Below are positions 20,586-30,144 of a DNA stretch of 64,000 bases, piece after piece. A program made the position numbers and the translations under genes. The DNA comes from a virus (taxonomy: Duplodnaviria; Caudoviricetes). The notes below the pieces were generated by a model, which had not been told where the DNA came from, made no database searches, and was given only the letters and a program-made list of their open reading frames with translations. Location: the IMG/VR virus record IMGVR_UViG_3300010346_001536. One strand, 5' to 3'. How positions within the stretch are numbered: the stretch's first letter is position 1; every line of letters starts with the position of its first letter.

Positions 20586-20912
20586 ATGTTATATGCATTC
20601 AAAAAAGATATGAGTACAATATTTTATGTTAAAGATACGACGTTGCCCGAGCAAAAAATAGTTAAATTTCAAACTTATGTTGGATTGGTTGATTATTTAG
20701 AAAATATGAGTAAAAGAAAATATAATCAATCTAAAACAGAACGAGCTCGGCTTTTAGAAGAAATTGGATATGGTGCCGATGACCGTTATTCTACATTGTT
20801 TGTTCGTTCAATGCAAGAAGAGTTTGAAATAGGAGTTGCCCGAGATGGGTGTCTTATTCAATGTGACGTTCCTTCTCTGGTTGCATATCAAAAACCAGAA
20901 TATGGGGATTAA
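20586..20912 (+). CDS. hypothetical protein
   Basis: ORF in operon. Confidence 0.65.
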   Translation: MLYAFKKDMSTIFYVKDTTLPEQKIVKFQTYVGLVDYLENMSKRKYNQSKTERARLLEEIGYGADDRYSTLFVRSMQEEFEIGVARDGCLIQCDVPSLVAYQKPEYGD

Positions 20913-20917
20913 AATAA

Positions 20918-22561
20918 GTGTTTTCTAATAAAGTTATGTTAGATATTCGGTGGAGTTCTCCATATACTATAAAAGAGGGGTTTAAAATTAAGTGGCGTAG
21001 AGAATGGTGTATTCCACCTTCAATGCTTAATGGATTTTTTGGGTTTTGGAGAGCCAATAAATTCAAAATGTTAGCCGAAGGATTTACGGTTGTTAAAAGT
21101 AAAACGACAGGCAAATGGTATTTATATGAAACTAAAGATAATATTTCTTTATTTCATATATTTCAAGATATTGCTTCTAAGCCTGTGGATAATTTTGTTC
21201 TTCCTTCTTATACTATAAAAGATTCAAGTGGATTACGTTCATGGCAAATAGGAGCCGCCGGCAAACTATGTGCTGCTATTAATCATTGGGGAGCGGCCAT
21301 AGATGGCTCAGACATGGGAACCGGTAAAACCTACACTGCTTGTGCTGTAGCCCGCGAGCTAAATTTAAATCTTTGTGTTATTTGTCCAAAGTCTGTTATT
21401 AAATCATGGAATAATGTTGTTAAAAAGCATTTTAATATGGGAGATAAGTTAGTTGGTGTAACTAACTATGAAAAATTACGTCTTGGCCGCCGAGATTCAA
21501 ATATTGCTTCTTTTGTTTTGCATCGACATAAAAAAAGACCAGATTTTGAATGGAAAATACCTAAGAAAACTTTAATTGTATGGGATGAATCCCAAAAACT
21601 TAAAAATTGGAAAACTAAAAATGCTAAGACTTGTGTTGCTGCTATTAAAGCTGGATATCCAATGTTATTTTGTTCGGCAACAAATGCCACTAATCCTTTA
21701 GAAATGAGAACTGTAGGAACAGCTCTTAAGCTTTTTGAAGGCAATAAATCTTATTATTCGTGGGCTTATGAAAATGGTGTATATAAAGGCCAGTGGGGAC
21801 TTAAATTTAATAATAATCCTAAGATATTAAAACGATTACACCAACAAATATTTGTACAACGAGGGGTACGTCTTTGTAGAGATGAAATACCTAATTTTCC
21901 AAAATGTGAAATTACATCGGATGTGTATAACATGGAAAATGAAGATGCATATAAGATTAATGAAATTTATGCCGAAATGGAAAAAGAATTGGATAAGTTA
22001 GATAAGACATCTAAAAATGATATTGCTATTGAGACTGTAATACAGCTTCGTATGCGTCAAAAAATAGAATTGGTAAAAGTGCCTCTTTTTGTTGAAATGG
22101 TGGAAGAAGGAATTGAAAATGGGATGTCAGTGGTTGTATTTGTTAATTTTACTGATACTCTTAATGCTATTGCAACTCGTTTGAATACTACTTGTATTTT
22201 TGATGGCAAAACACCCGATAAAGTCCGGGATAAAAATGTTGCTTTATTTCAAGAAGATAAAGAACGAGTTATATTAGTTAATATTCAATCAGGAGGAGCA
22301 GGACTTAGTTTACATGATTTAAATGGTAGATTTCCCAGAATGAGTATTATTTCGCCTACTTGGTCTCCTGTATTTATGAGACAAACTCTTGGTCGTATTT
22401 GGCGAGATGATGCAAAAACAAAATGTATTCAGAGGATTGTATGTGTTGCTAATACAGTCGAAGAAAATGTAAGTCGCAATGTACAACAGAAACTTGATAA
22501 TTTAGATATGTTAAATGATGGAGACCTTCAATATAAAAGTTTTATAATGGAGGAAGAATAA
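20918..22561 (+). CDS. SF2 (SNF2-like) helicase/ATPase
   Basis: DMGTGKT, WDESQ, SAT, SGGAGLSL, Q.LGRI.R. Confidence 0.9.
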   Translation: MFSNKVMLDIRWSSPYTIKEGFKIKWRREWCIPPSMLNGFFGFWRANKFKMLAEGFTVVKSKTTGKWYLYETKDNISLFHIFQDIASKPVDNFVLPSYTIKDSSGLRSWQIGAAGKLCAAINHWGAAIDGSDMGTGKTYTACAVARELNLNLCVICPKSVIKSWNNVVKKHFNMGDKLVGVTNYEKLRLGRRDSNIASFVLHRHKKRPDFEWKIPKKTLIVWDESQKLKNWKTKNAKTCVAAIKAGYPMLFCSATNATNPLEMRTVGTALKLFEGNKSYYSWAYENGVYKGQWGLKFNNNPKILKRLHQQIFVQRGVRLCRDEIPNFPKCEITSDVYNMENEDAYKINEIYAEMEKELDKLDKTSKNDIAIETVIQLRMRQKIELVKVPLFVEMVEEGIENGMSVVVFVNFTDTLNAIATRLNTTCIFDGKTPDKVRDKNVALFQEDKERVILVNIQSGGAGLSLHDLNGRFPRMSIISPTWSPVFMRQTLGRIWRDDAKTKCIQRIVCVANTVEENVSRNVQQKLDNLDMLNDGDLQYKSFIMEEE

Positions 22562-22631
22562 ATTTGAGATATTTATTGATAGAGAGTTTGTAAATGTGGA
22601 TTAAAGAAATTCGTAAAAGGAAGAAAAGTTT

Positions 22632-22988
22632 ATGGAAAAAATTATGAATTCTTCATTGATGAAAACAATAGTAGTACAATTATCAGAAGATAATTTTCAA
22701 GAATTTGATATTGATACTAGTATATTTGAAGACCCTTTTTTGGAAGCTGCGACTCGAGCTATAGAAAGTATTAAAAAACAAAAACACGGTATGATACTTG
22801 CCGTAATTAATTGTTGGGAAAAGGATGTTCCTCAAAATTTAGTTATGTATAATTCGTATTGGGTTCTTGTTAATGCAGCTTGTTATAAAAAAGCAGAGCT
22901 TTTAAGAGAAAAATTTAAGTTACAGACGGATTGTGATTTAGCAAAGGAACCTAAAAGTGGAACCAAAAAGTATAGACGAAAAAAATAA
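22632..22988 (+). CDS. hypothetical protein
   Basis: ORF in operon. Confidence 0.65.
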   Translation: MEKIMNSSLMKTIVVQLSEDNFQEFDIDTSIFEDPFLEAATRAIESIKKQKHGMILAVINCWEKDVPQNLVMYNSYWVLVNAACYKKAELLREKFKLQTDCDLAKEPKSGTKKYRRKK

Positions 22989-23700
22989 TACCGGGTCGTT
23001 AACAGATATTAATTTACATACGGCGCGTGGAGATGAACGGCTGATGGGGGTCTTATTTAAAGAAATGCAAAAGCTTAAGGAAAAAATTCATGAGCTTGAA
23101 ACTAAAAAAATTTTAGATGAAACATCTCTTTCTCCCGAAATATTATCTTCTAATGGATTATTACCAGAACCCCCGAGTATAATAAAACGAGGACGTGCTT
23201 GGCGGCCTATACTTCGTTCTGAAATTGAAGAAGCATTAAAAGTATCTCCTTTTTGCTCGGACCAAGCCAGACATTTAGGAGTGGCAATATCTACTTATCG
23301 GAAATATGCTAAACAACATGGATTATGGAATCCTCAGCCCCATCATAAAGGATGCCGTAAAGCACCGTGGAGTCCCGAAAAAGGTAAATATCCATTAAGT
23401 AAAATTCTTCAAGGAGAATTTAATGGTCATAAAAATCTTCGTGAATGGGTAGTTCGTAATAAGTTACTTAAAGCTAAAATTTTTCCGGAAGAATGTTCTC
23501 ATTGTGGATATAATGAAAGACACATTATTAGCAAACGAGTTCCTCTTTTAATTGACCATTTAAACGGAGATGGTTTAGATTGGAAACTTGAAAACATTCG
23601 TTTTCTTTGCTGGAATTGTACAGTTCAAGTTGGACGAGGGTATATGACCCGGGGCATCAAAAAATTTGACCCGAATTTTTTACAAAAAGCTCCTTGGTAA
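22957..23700 (+). CDS. HNH endonuclease-domain protein with an HTH-like middle region
   Basis: C..CG, LIDHLNGD..D...ENIRFLCWNC. Confidence 0.8.
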   Translation: MEPKSIDEKNNTGSLTDINLHTARGDERLMGVLFKEMQKLKEKIHELETKKILDETSLSPEILSSNGLLPEPPSIIKRGRAWRPILRSEIEEALKVSPFCSDQARHLGVAISTYRKYAKQHGLWNPQPHHKGCRKAPWSPEKGKYPLSKILQGEFNGHKNLREWVVRNKLLKAKIFPEECSHCGYNERHIISKRVPLLIDHLNGDGLDWKLENIRFLCWNCTVQVGRGYMTRGIKKFDPNFLQKAPW

Positions 23701-23716
23701 AAATATTTATGGGTAT

Positions 23717-24166
23717 ATGTTAAATCCAATTCATATTTTAAATCAAATGGGAGTTATTACTTCTTTTTCAGTAGCAAAAAAAGTTAAAGCCGAAGATATA
23801 GAATCTTTTTTTAAAAAAGGAAAAAAATATGGAAAAACTATAGATGAAATGAATGAGATACTTCGAAATAAAGTTCTCAAAGATATTGAAGAATCAATTT
23901 TTTTACAAAAAATTCCAGGTCTCGTCTCTCCTGAAGAAATTGCTAAAAATATGGGAATACAAAAAAATATTATTGATAATATGCCCGTATTAAATAAATT
24001 AGCTATGGTTCTTAATTTTAAATTGTCTGAAAAAAAATTTGATAAAATGTCTCTTTGTTACTTTATTAATAGTCTTGTTAATATGTTAGGTTTAACGGAA
24101 GAAGATTTTGAAAATTTCCATAAACAAAATACTTCTTCAGAAGAAGCGGATGAAGATGAAGATTAA
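23717..24166 (+). CDS. hypothetical protein
   Basis: ATG 23717 is 5 nt after TATTTATG and in frame with 23666..24166. Confidence 0.7.
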   Translation: MLNPIHILNQMGVITSFSVAKKVKAEDIESFFKKGKKYGKTIDEMNEILRNKVLKDIEESIFLQKIPGLVSPEEIAKNMGIQKNIIDNMPVLNKLAMVLNFKLSEKKFDKMSLCYFINSLVNMLGLTEEDFENFHKQNTSSEEADEDED

Positions 24167-24177
24167 AATAAAATGTT

Positions 24178-25383
24178 ATGAATATAAATGGAGAATGTGA
24201 AGTTATGAAAATATTAAGTATAGAAGAAGCAAAATCTTATGCTATGGGAAAAATCGTTGTTATTGTGACTGGAGTGACTGGTCAAGACGGAAGTTTTATG
24301 TCAGATTATTTACTGAAAAATACTTCTTATGAAATATTTGGAGGAGCTAGAAGATTAAGTGTTTCGAATCATGATAATATAAAACATTTAGAAAATGAAC
24401 CGAGATTTCATCTTATCAATTTTGATTTAACAGATGCACATTCTATTTCACAAATTGTTAGCCAACTTAAACCAGCATACTTTATTAATTTTGCAGCCCA
24501 ATCTTTTGTGAAATCTTCATGGGATTTTCCTGCTCAAACGTGGGATACTAATACTAAGTCTATTATTCATATACTTGAATCCATTCGACTTCATTGTCCA
24601 ACATGTCGATTTTATAACGCTGGAAGTTCTGAGGAATTTGGAGATGTACTTTATAATCCACAGGACGAAAAACACCCGATTCGACCTCGTAGTCCATATG
24701 GTGCTTCAAAAGCTGCAGCTAGACAATTGGTTAAAGTATATCGAGATTCCTATAGTTTATATGCAATTCAAGGATGGCTTTTTAATCACGAAGGTACACG
24801 GCGCGGCGAGGAATTTGTAACTAGGAAAATTACAAAATCTGTGGCTCGTATTGTAAAGGAATTAAAAAAAGGAACCGAAGTTGTCCCCCTCGAACTTGGA
24901 AATTTAGAAGCTAGCCGAGATTGGACAGATGCGGAGGATTGTGTGGAAGCCGTGTGGCGTATGCTTAATCAAGATATTTTTGATACATATATTGCAAATA
25001 TGATTTTAACAGATAATAAAGGAGATTATCTTACTAGTGAAACATATTTAAAGGCTATTATACCATATATTAAAGAATACGTTGTATCTTCTGGAGAAAC
25101 GCACAGTGTAAAAAGATTTGTAGAACTTGCTTTTCAAGTTGCAGGAATTGAAGGACATTGGGAAGGAAGCGGAATTGATGAGAAGTATATTTTGGGTAAA
25201 ATAAATAATTCCGGGCCTATACTTGTAAAAATTAATCCTGCTTTTTATCGTCCGGCAGAGGTGGATTATTTACGCGGAAATCCATCCCGTATTAAAAAAA
25301 GGCTGGGTTGGAGCCCTCAATCGTCTTTTAAACAACTCGTAGTAAAGATGGTTAATAAAGATATTTTAATTAATTCGAAATAA
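24178..25383 (+). CDS. gmd: GDP-mannose 4,6-dehydratase
   Basis: TGVTGQDG, AAQSFV, SSEEFG, SPYGASK, FNHE..RRGEEFVTRKIT, RPAEV. Confidence 0.95.
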   Translation: MNINGECEVMKILSIEEAKSYAMGKIVVIVTGVTGQDGSFMSDYLLKNTSYEIFGGARRLSVSNHDNIKHLENEPRFHLINFDLTDAHSISQIVSQLKPAYFINFAAQSFVKSSWDFPAQTWDTNTKSIIHILESIRLHCPTCRFYNAGSSEEFGDVLYNPQDEKHPIRPRSPYGASKAAARQLVKVYRDSYSLYAIQGWLFNHEGTRRGEEFVTRKITKSVARIVKELKKGTEVVPLELGNLEASRDWTDAEDCVEAVWRMLNQDIFDTYIANMILTDNKGDYLTSETYLKAIIPYIKEYVVSSGETHSVKRFVELAFQVAGIEGHWEGSGIDEKYILGKINNSGPILVKINPAFYRPAEVDYLRGNPSRIKKRLGWSPQSSFKQLVVKMVNKDILINSK

Positions 25384-25389
25384 AAGAGG

Positions 25390-25411
25390 ACCCCCCCTGC
25401 TACGGGGGGGT
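25390..25411. terminator. GC hairpin between convergent genes
   Basis: ACCCCCCC-TGCTAC-GGGGGGGT. Confidence 0.65.
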
Positions 25412-25415
25412 GTGG

Positions 25416-26051
25416 TTATACCTTGGGCTTCTCCAAGAAGAACTTCCAATCCTGATGTCTTGCTTTACGAATCGTATGAGAAACCAGAATTGTTTTTGGT
25501 TGAGCGGGTTTAAACAACAACTTCAATCCTACTTCGTGATTTAGTTTGTTTCCCTTTTTGTTATTGGTTTCTTTATCCGTTAATACAGTATTATCATACG
25601 TGTCCGTTCCTCCGCGACTAAGAGGAATTACGTGGTCAATGGTAGCTTCCTCAAATTCGAGGTCTTTTCCATTATAGGCATCCGTACCATTATCACGTAT
25701 AAATAACCCCTCTTTAGTGGGCTTTCCGCGAAATTTTTTCACGGGTATTTTGGAGTAATTTTTTGTTACAACAACCGTGGGAACTCGGATATGCATATGG
25801 GCCGAATGTATGCTTAAATCCCAAGGTCGAACAGGTAGTTTTATCCATTCTTCCCATGTAACGGGATTTACATATTCGTATTCATCATTAAAATTAGGAG
25901 TTCCATCTTGATTTACAGAGTAAACAATATCAATGGCTTCGATAACTCCTGTTATCAAATCACAAATTGTTTTGCTTACTAATTCGACCCCTACGGGTCT
26001 CCATAGTTTATTTAACTTGAGTACTATAGCTTTATGTGCAATATCTCTCAT
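25416..26051 (-). CDS. HNH endonuclease
   Basis: VLKLN..W, IRVPTV, RD, TIDHVIPLSRGG...N.V...N..KGN; Zn-binding cysteines replaced. Confidence 0.85.
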   Translation of the reverse strand: MRDIAHKAIVLKLNKLWRPVGVELVSKTICDLITGVIEAIDIVYSVNQDGTPNFNDEYEYVNPVTWEEWIKLPVRPWDLSIHSAHMHIRVPTVVVTKNYSKIPVKKFRGKPTKEGLFIRDNGTDAYNGKDLEFEEATIDHVIPLSRGGTDTYDNTVLTDKETNNKKGNKLNHEVGLKLLFKPAQPKTILVSHTIRKARHQDWKFFLEKPKV

Positions 26052-26150
26052 AATGCGCGTGAATATACACTATTTTAGCGACTTGTCGAGGAAATTTTAT
26101 AAAAAGTTACAACTTCGACCGAGAGCGTCACCATTTTTAATAAGTATTAA

Positions 26151-27002
26151 TTATAAGTCTTTATAACTTCCTATTTTTAATTCTTTTCCATCCCATAAGG
26201 CCCAATGAATATCATAAAGTACATCAAGACAAATATTATGAGATAATTTCATGTTATTTAAATCAGCAAGGGATGGGTTATATGTCTCAATAGGACGATA
26301 TACTATCTCGCCCCCCCTGTGAGAGGGGGGTTTCTTTAATATACACCAATGGGGGGGCAACGACTGGGGGGTGTGCCCCACGATTTGATTAATCCCCTGG
26401 AAGGGCTTAAATTCTCTTACAAAATCGCACCATGTTATGCCGCCCACTCGATGTATCCCACCCCGGCTATAACCAGCACTAAAAACCCATGAACTTTTAT
26501 TATTGAATATATCTTGAAATCCTTTATAAATCTCGTCGTTAAGATATTCTGTTAGTTTGACAATAAATTCAGAGCGTCCTTTTTTCCAACATTTTTTAAT
26601 ATTATCAGGTAAATTTAAAGTATGAAGACCGCCATGTGATATTAACCACTGGTTATCAAGAAAATGAAACCATTTTAATTTGTTCCATAATTTGGAATCG
26701 ATGTTATCACGAATAATATAATATTTCCATTGTTCATATCCGCTACATCGAAATTTAGAATAAGAATAGGCATAATGTTGGTCGTGATTTCCAAATAAAT
26801 GAATGCGATTGGGTTTAGAAAGAGAAGATTTTAGCCAATCACAAGTATTTTTGACTTGTCCAGGAGTATCATTAAAATCATCAAAATAATCACCGAGGAA
26901 AATTATTTGGTCTGATTTCACCGACTTAATAATTTCTTCGGCTTGTTTCCATTTATGATGTAAATCCGGAATGATTAAAGTTGTTGGATTTTTATTTTTC
27001 AT
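26151..27002 (-). CDS. calcineurin-like metallophosphoesterase
   Basis: DLH, GDYFD, GNHD, SHGG, GHT. Confidence 0.9.
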   Translation of the reverse strand: MKNKNPTTLIIPDLHHKWKQAEEIIKSVKSDQIIFLGDYFDDFNDTPGQVKNTCDWLKSSLSKPNRIHLFGNHDQHYAYSYSKFRCSGYEQWKYYIIRDNIDSKLWNKLKWFHFLDNQWLISHGGLHTLNLPDNIKKCWKKGRSEFIVKLTEYLNDEIYKGFQDIFNNKSSWVFSAGYSRGGIHRVGGITWCDFVREFKPFQGINQIVGHTPQSLPPHWCILKKPPSHRGGEIVYRPIETYNPSLADLNNMKLSHNICLDVLYDIHWALWDGKELKIGSYKDL

Positions 27003-27074
27003 AAATATAATCAAATTATTTTTGAAAAATATTAAGTTAAAATAACAATTGTTAATTAAACATTTAGTATTTTA

Positions 27075-27449
27075 TTACGAATTAAAGGGATTTATAATTA
27101 ACGATTTATCTTTTCTTTCCCATCCTGCGGCATTCATCTCTTCTTCGGAAACGACATTGATATTTTCATGGATGGTCATAATCATTATTGTAACATTTTT
27201 TTCTCTTAGCTTAGCGGCGTGTGAGGAAAAAAGTTTGGAAAAAGTAGGCATTATTGCCATTTTTTGAAGTGGATTTTCTACATCAATATTTATGATAAGT
27301 ACTGAATTAGGCTTAATGTCATCTATGTTGACCGTAACTGCTTTAACTGTTTCTGGTGGCAAGGTTACTTCATTTGGACGGGTTTTATCTTGAGAAATTA
27401 TTTTTTCTCCTTTATCAGAAGACATTGGTTGGGATTGTTGATTTTGCAT
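27075..27449 (-). CDS. hypothetical protein
   Basis: Start placed at MQNQQ (27449). Confidence 0.65.
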   Translation of the reverse strand: MQNQQSQPMSSDKGEKIISQDKTRPNEVTLPPETVKAVTVNIDDIKPNSVLIINIDVENPLQKMAIMPTFSKLFSSHAAKLREKNVTIMIMTIHENINVVSEEEMNAAGWERKDKSLIINPFNS

Positions 27450-27612
27450 AATTATTTTCCTTTGACTTTGAACGAGTATATTTAGAGTATTTTTTATATT
27501 TACGATTAGTATGCCAATCAATCGTATCAAAATTTTTGAACCACTTTTTGTAGTTATATCCTATAACGGGTCTCATGCCCTTGCCGGCATTTCTAAATTC
27601 TTTTTTAGCCAT
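27415..27612 (-). CDS. small basic phage protein (GKG.RP...Y..NFD.I.W type)
   Basis: MAKKEFRNAGKGMRPV..NFDTIDW. Confidence 0.55.
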   Translation of the reverse strand: MAKKEFRNAGKGMRPVIGYNYKKWFKNFDTIDWHTNRKYKKYSKYTRSKSKENNYAKSTIPTNVF

Positions 27613-27925
27613 AAATTCGTAGAGAAGCAGATTTATACAAAGATTGTATTTGTTCTCGAAGAAATCCAACTTTAGTTTCAATTTCACATATTTGAGAATA
27701 TATCTTTAATTTCTTAAAAAATCCCTTGGTAGTTTCTAAAGATTTTCTAAGTTTTTTAATTTCAGTTACTTTTTCATAAAATTCATCTGTCAATTGATAA
27801 ATTCGTTCAAAAATGGGTCCGCATACCCGTTTTCTTTCATTAACAACAGCATTTACAAATTCTCGCGGGTCTGTTATATGTATGGGAATATTGTCAAAGT
27901 TAAATTCTGGTATATGGTCTTTCAT
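27605..27925 (-). CDS. hypothetical coiled-coil protein
   Basis: Overlaps both neighbours in the operon. Confidence 0.65.
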   Translation of the reverse strand: MKDHIPEFNFDNIPIHITDPREFVNAVVNERKRVCGPIFERIYQLTDEFYEKVTEIKKLRKSLETTKGFFKKLKIYSQICEIETKVGFLREQIQSLYKSASLRIYG

Positions 27926-28398
27926 GATAATTTACTTATAAAATCAACTTCATCAAACTCTGGGATTTCGGGACGTTCATAGCGGCTCAACATATTATCA
28001 ATGACTTCTGATGGTACATTGCGGCCTCCTTCTGCTCCCCGCTTGGCATTTCTGGCCAAAAGGGTAAGTCTGTCGCATTCAAAAACCTTAGCCATCACTT
28101 TGGCCCCCCTTTCCCTAGCGATTTTGATAAACGCGCCGCGTGCTTTACGATACATGTTAGTTGCGTCTAAGATTGCGTTTTTTCCGCTATCTAACGCTTT
28201 CTTTACTTGAAACTTGGCCAATTTGAAAGCCGGTCCCGATACAGATTGGTCATGGGACCCAGCACCCAAAAAACGGCGGTTATCATCAGGACATACACGT
28301 ACAATGTTTGGGTCATTTTTTGCTAGGTTTTTGGAAAACGTACTTTTTCCAGACCCAGGTGCGCCCACACAAATCCACAAAATTTTATTAGATTTCAT
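27922..28398 (-). CDS. P-loop polynucleotide kinase-like protein (AAA_33)
   Basis: GAPGSGKST, DDNR, ILDATN..R, RN..R...RNVP..VI..M; promoter at 28438-28410. Confidence 0.85.
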   Translation of the reverse strand: MKSNKILWICVGAPGSGKSTFSKNLAKNDPNIVRVCPDDNRRFLGAGSHDQSVSGPAFKLAKFQVKKALDSGKNAILDATNMYRKARGAFIKIARERGAKVMAKVFECDRLTLLARNAKRGAEGGRNVPSEVIDNMLSRYERPEIPEFDEVDFISKLS

Positions 28399-28517
28399 CT
28401 ATCACTTGTAATATACAACATCTCACTAGAATTGTCAAATGGTTTCTGGCACAAAAATTATGTTGAACAAAATCAGTTTTTTCATATTTTTAATAATTAT
28501 ATTGTTTATTTTGTAAT

Positions 28518-28922
28518 TTATTGTTTAGATATTTCTTGTTGAGCATTTTCTAAAACTAGAGAAATATTTTTTCTTCCTATTAAGTTCAGAGTGTGAATAT
28601 AATATTTGGGTATATCTATTTTTTTAGATATACAATATTCAGCTAGAAATTTGGCCGCTTCATATCCACTTTTCTCTTTAAAATTATGATATCGAATTTT
28701 TCCATAACTAATCATTTTTATATCATGAGCACATTTATGCTCTTCGTAGTGTTCTGGAGCAAGGTCATGGTCAAAAGACACTGTATCCGGAACCCCCCGC
28801 GATTCAATTATTTTTACAAATTGTTTATAAGTACGTGCAATTTCCCATTTCATAGGAGGAGCACCAGTCCATTTTACATCTTCTGGTAGTCTTGCATCAT
28901 CTAAAAATAAATTATATGACAT
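28518..28922 (-). CDS. cyclic-phosphate-processing receiver-like domain protein
   Basis: LFLDD.R.P, W..AR.Y..F, SFDHDL, SGYE.AKFL, IHT.N..G..NI. Confidence 0.75.
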   Translation of the reverse strand: MSYNLFLDDARLPEDVKWTGAPPMKWEIARTYKQFVKIIESRGVPDTVSFDHDLAPEHYEEHKCAHDIKMISYGKIRYHNFKEKSGYEAAKFLAEYCISKKIDIPKYYIHTLNLIGRKNISLVLENAQQEISKQ

Positions 28923-29664
28923 TGTTGATTTTTTGTTTTTTACGTTGATTTTTAAATAGAGGATTAATTACTTTTCCAGACCATGCTTTTTTAAGTACAG
29001 TACTTGTAAAACTTTCAAATGGACGAATAACAATACCTTCGGCCGGACATCCATTAGGATATTTTTGTTCGCTGGCCAATTTTACTATTCCATCAATATC
29101 ATATCCAAAAGCAGTACCTTCTGTAATGACAGTAACCATTATTAAATTATATTTTTTACAAAATTCTGATAAACGTTTGAAATTTGCATATGTACGACTT
29201 TTAATATCAAATAAATTAAATACATGCAATTCCATTTCTGTTAAACCAAGGGGATTTTTTTGAATGCCCGGCCCACAGATTACGCCTTGAATAGCCCAAG
29301 ATTCATTTTTAAATTCTGTTTGAAGGGCATTTTTAATATCATATTTTTTAGCCATTCGCCAGAAACCATTAGTATTGCTTTCCTTTAAATCCACATGTCG
29401 ACTACAAACGCCAAAATCGCCTCCATTAATATAAAACGTCCCGGAGCACCCGCTGTCTTTACGTGTTATGTAATAAGGAAGACCCCATAATTCTTCTAAA
29501 GCAGAAGGATATGTTCGTAAATTGTCCTCTTCTGTTACAATAAGAAAATTAGGAAATATGCCTTTTGATTGACCTGCTAATTCAGCAGGAATAGGAGTTT
29601 CATATTTTGAAATATTTAAAAATGAAGTAACATCAGTTCCTTCGGTTAAAATTAATTCTTTCAT
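28912..29664 (-). CDS. RNA ligase (DRB0094/Rnl5-like), catalytic part
   Basis: EGTDVT..L.I.KYE, TRKDSG (motif I variant), VCSR, QGV..GPGIQKN, EGIV, KVIN. Confidence 0.8.
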   Translation of the reverse strand: MKELILTEGTDVTSFLNISKYETPIPAELAGQSKGIFPNFLIVTEEDNLRTYPSALEELWGLPYYITRKDSGCSGTFYINGGDFGVCSRHVDLKESNTNGFWRMAKKYDIKNALQTEFKNESWAIQGVICGPGIQKNPLGLTEMELHVFNLFDIKSRTYANFKRLSEFCKKYNLIMVTVITEGTAFGYDIDGIVKLASEQKYPNGCPAEGIVIRPFESFTSTVLKKAWSGKVINPLFKNQRKKQKINNVI

Positions 29665-29678
29665 ATTAAAATAAAGGT

Positions 29679-30014
29679 TTAATTATAAACATAGATTAAC
29701 TGTCCATTTATTTCATTTATTTTTCCCCCGTGTATTTTTTCTAAAATAGATAGAGGGCAACAAACCCCGGCCGATTCGGCTCCTTTAAATTGAAAAGGAT
29801 TAATTTTAAATTTTTTATTTCTTAGAAATTCAAATTCTGGATGTTCAGGGACAATACTATCTGTAGTAATATAAATTACCAAATCTCCAATTTTAAATTC
29901 TCCCTTTTTAACTATTACTTGCCATCCGAGAATTTTAATAAGTTCAAAAGAATCAGCATTATTGTGCGGTTGTACATCCAACACTCGCTGAATTGTCGCT
30001 AAATTTTTGTTCAT
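29679..30014 (-). CDS. RNA ligase (DRB0094-like) N-terminal OB/tRNA-binding part
   Basis: LATIQ.V..V.PH.NAD..E...I.GWQVIVKKGEF..GDLVIY...DS..P..PEFEFL. Confidence 0.85.
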   Translation of the reverse strand: MNKNLATIQRVLDVQPHNNADSFELIKILGWQVIVKKGEFKIGDLVIYITTDSIVPEHPEFEFLRNKKFKINPFQFKGAESAGVCCPLSILEKIHGGKINEINGQLIYVYN

Positions 30015-30144
30015 ATCTATTATAAATAGATTTTATATTCTCTCAACCATCAATATAACATATTTCCATTGAAAGTCAATTATTAATTTTTCAACTTTAT
30101 AAAAAGTTGCATCGTTTTAAAAAGTCTGTTAAGATGTAAATATA

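Noticed and set aside
25416-26051. HNH gene as a mobile element
   Set aside because: No flanking repeats or interrupted host gene; it has its own promoter and a shared terminator
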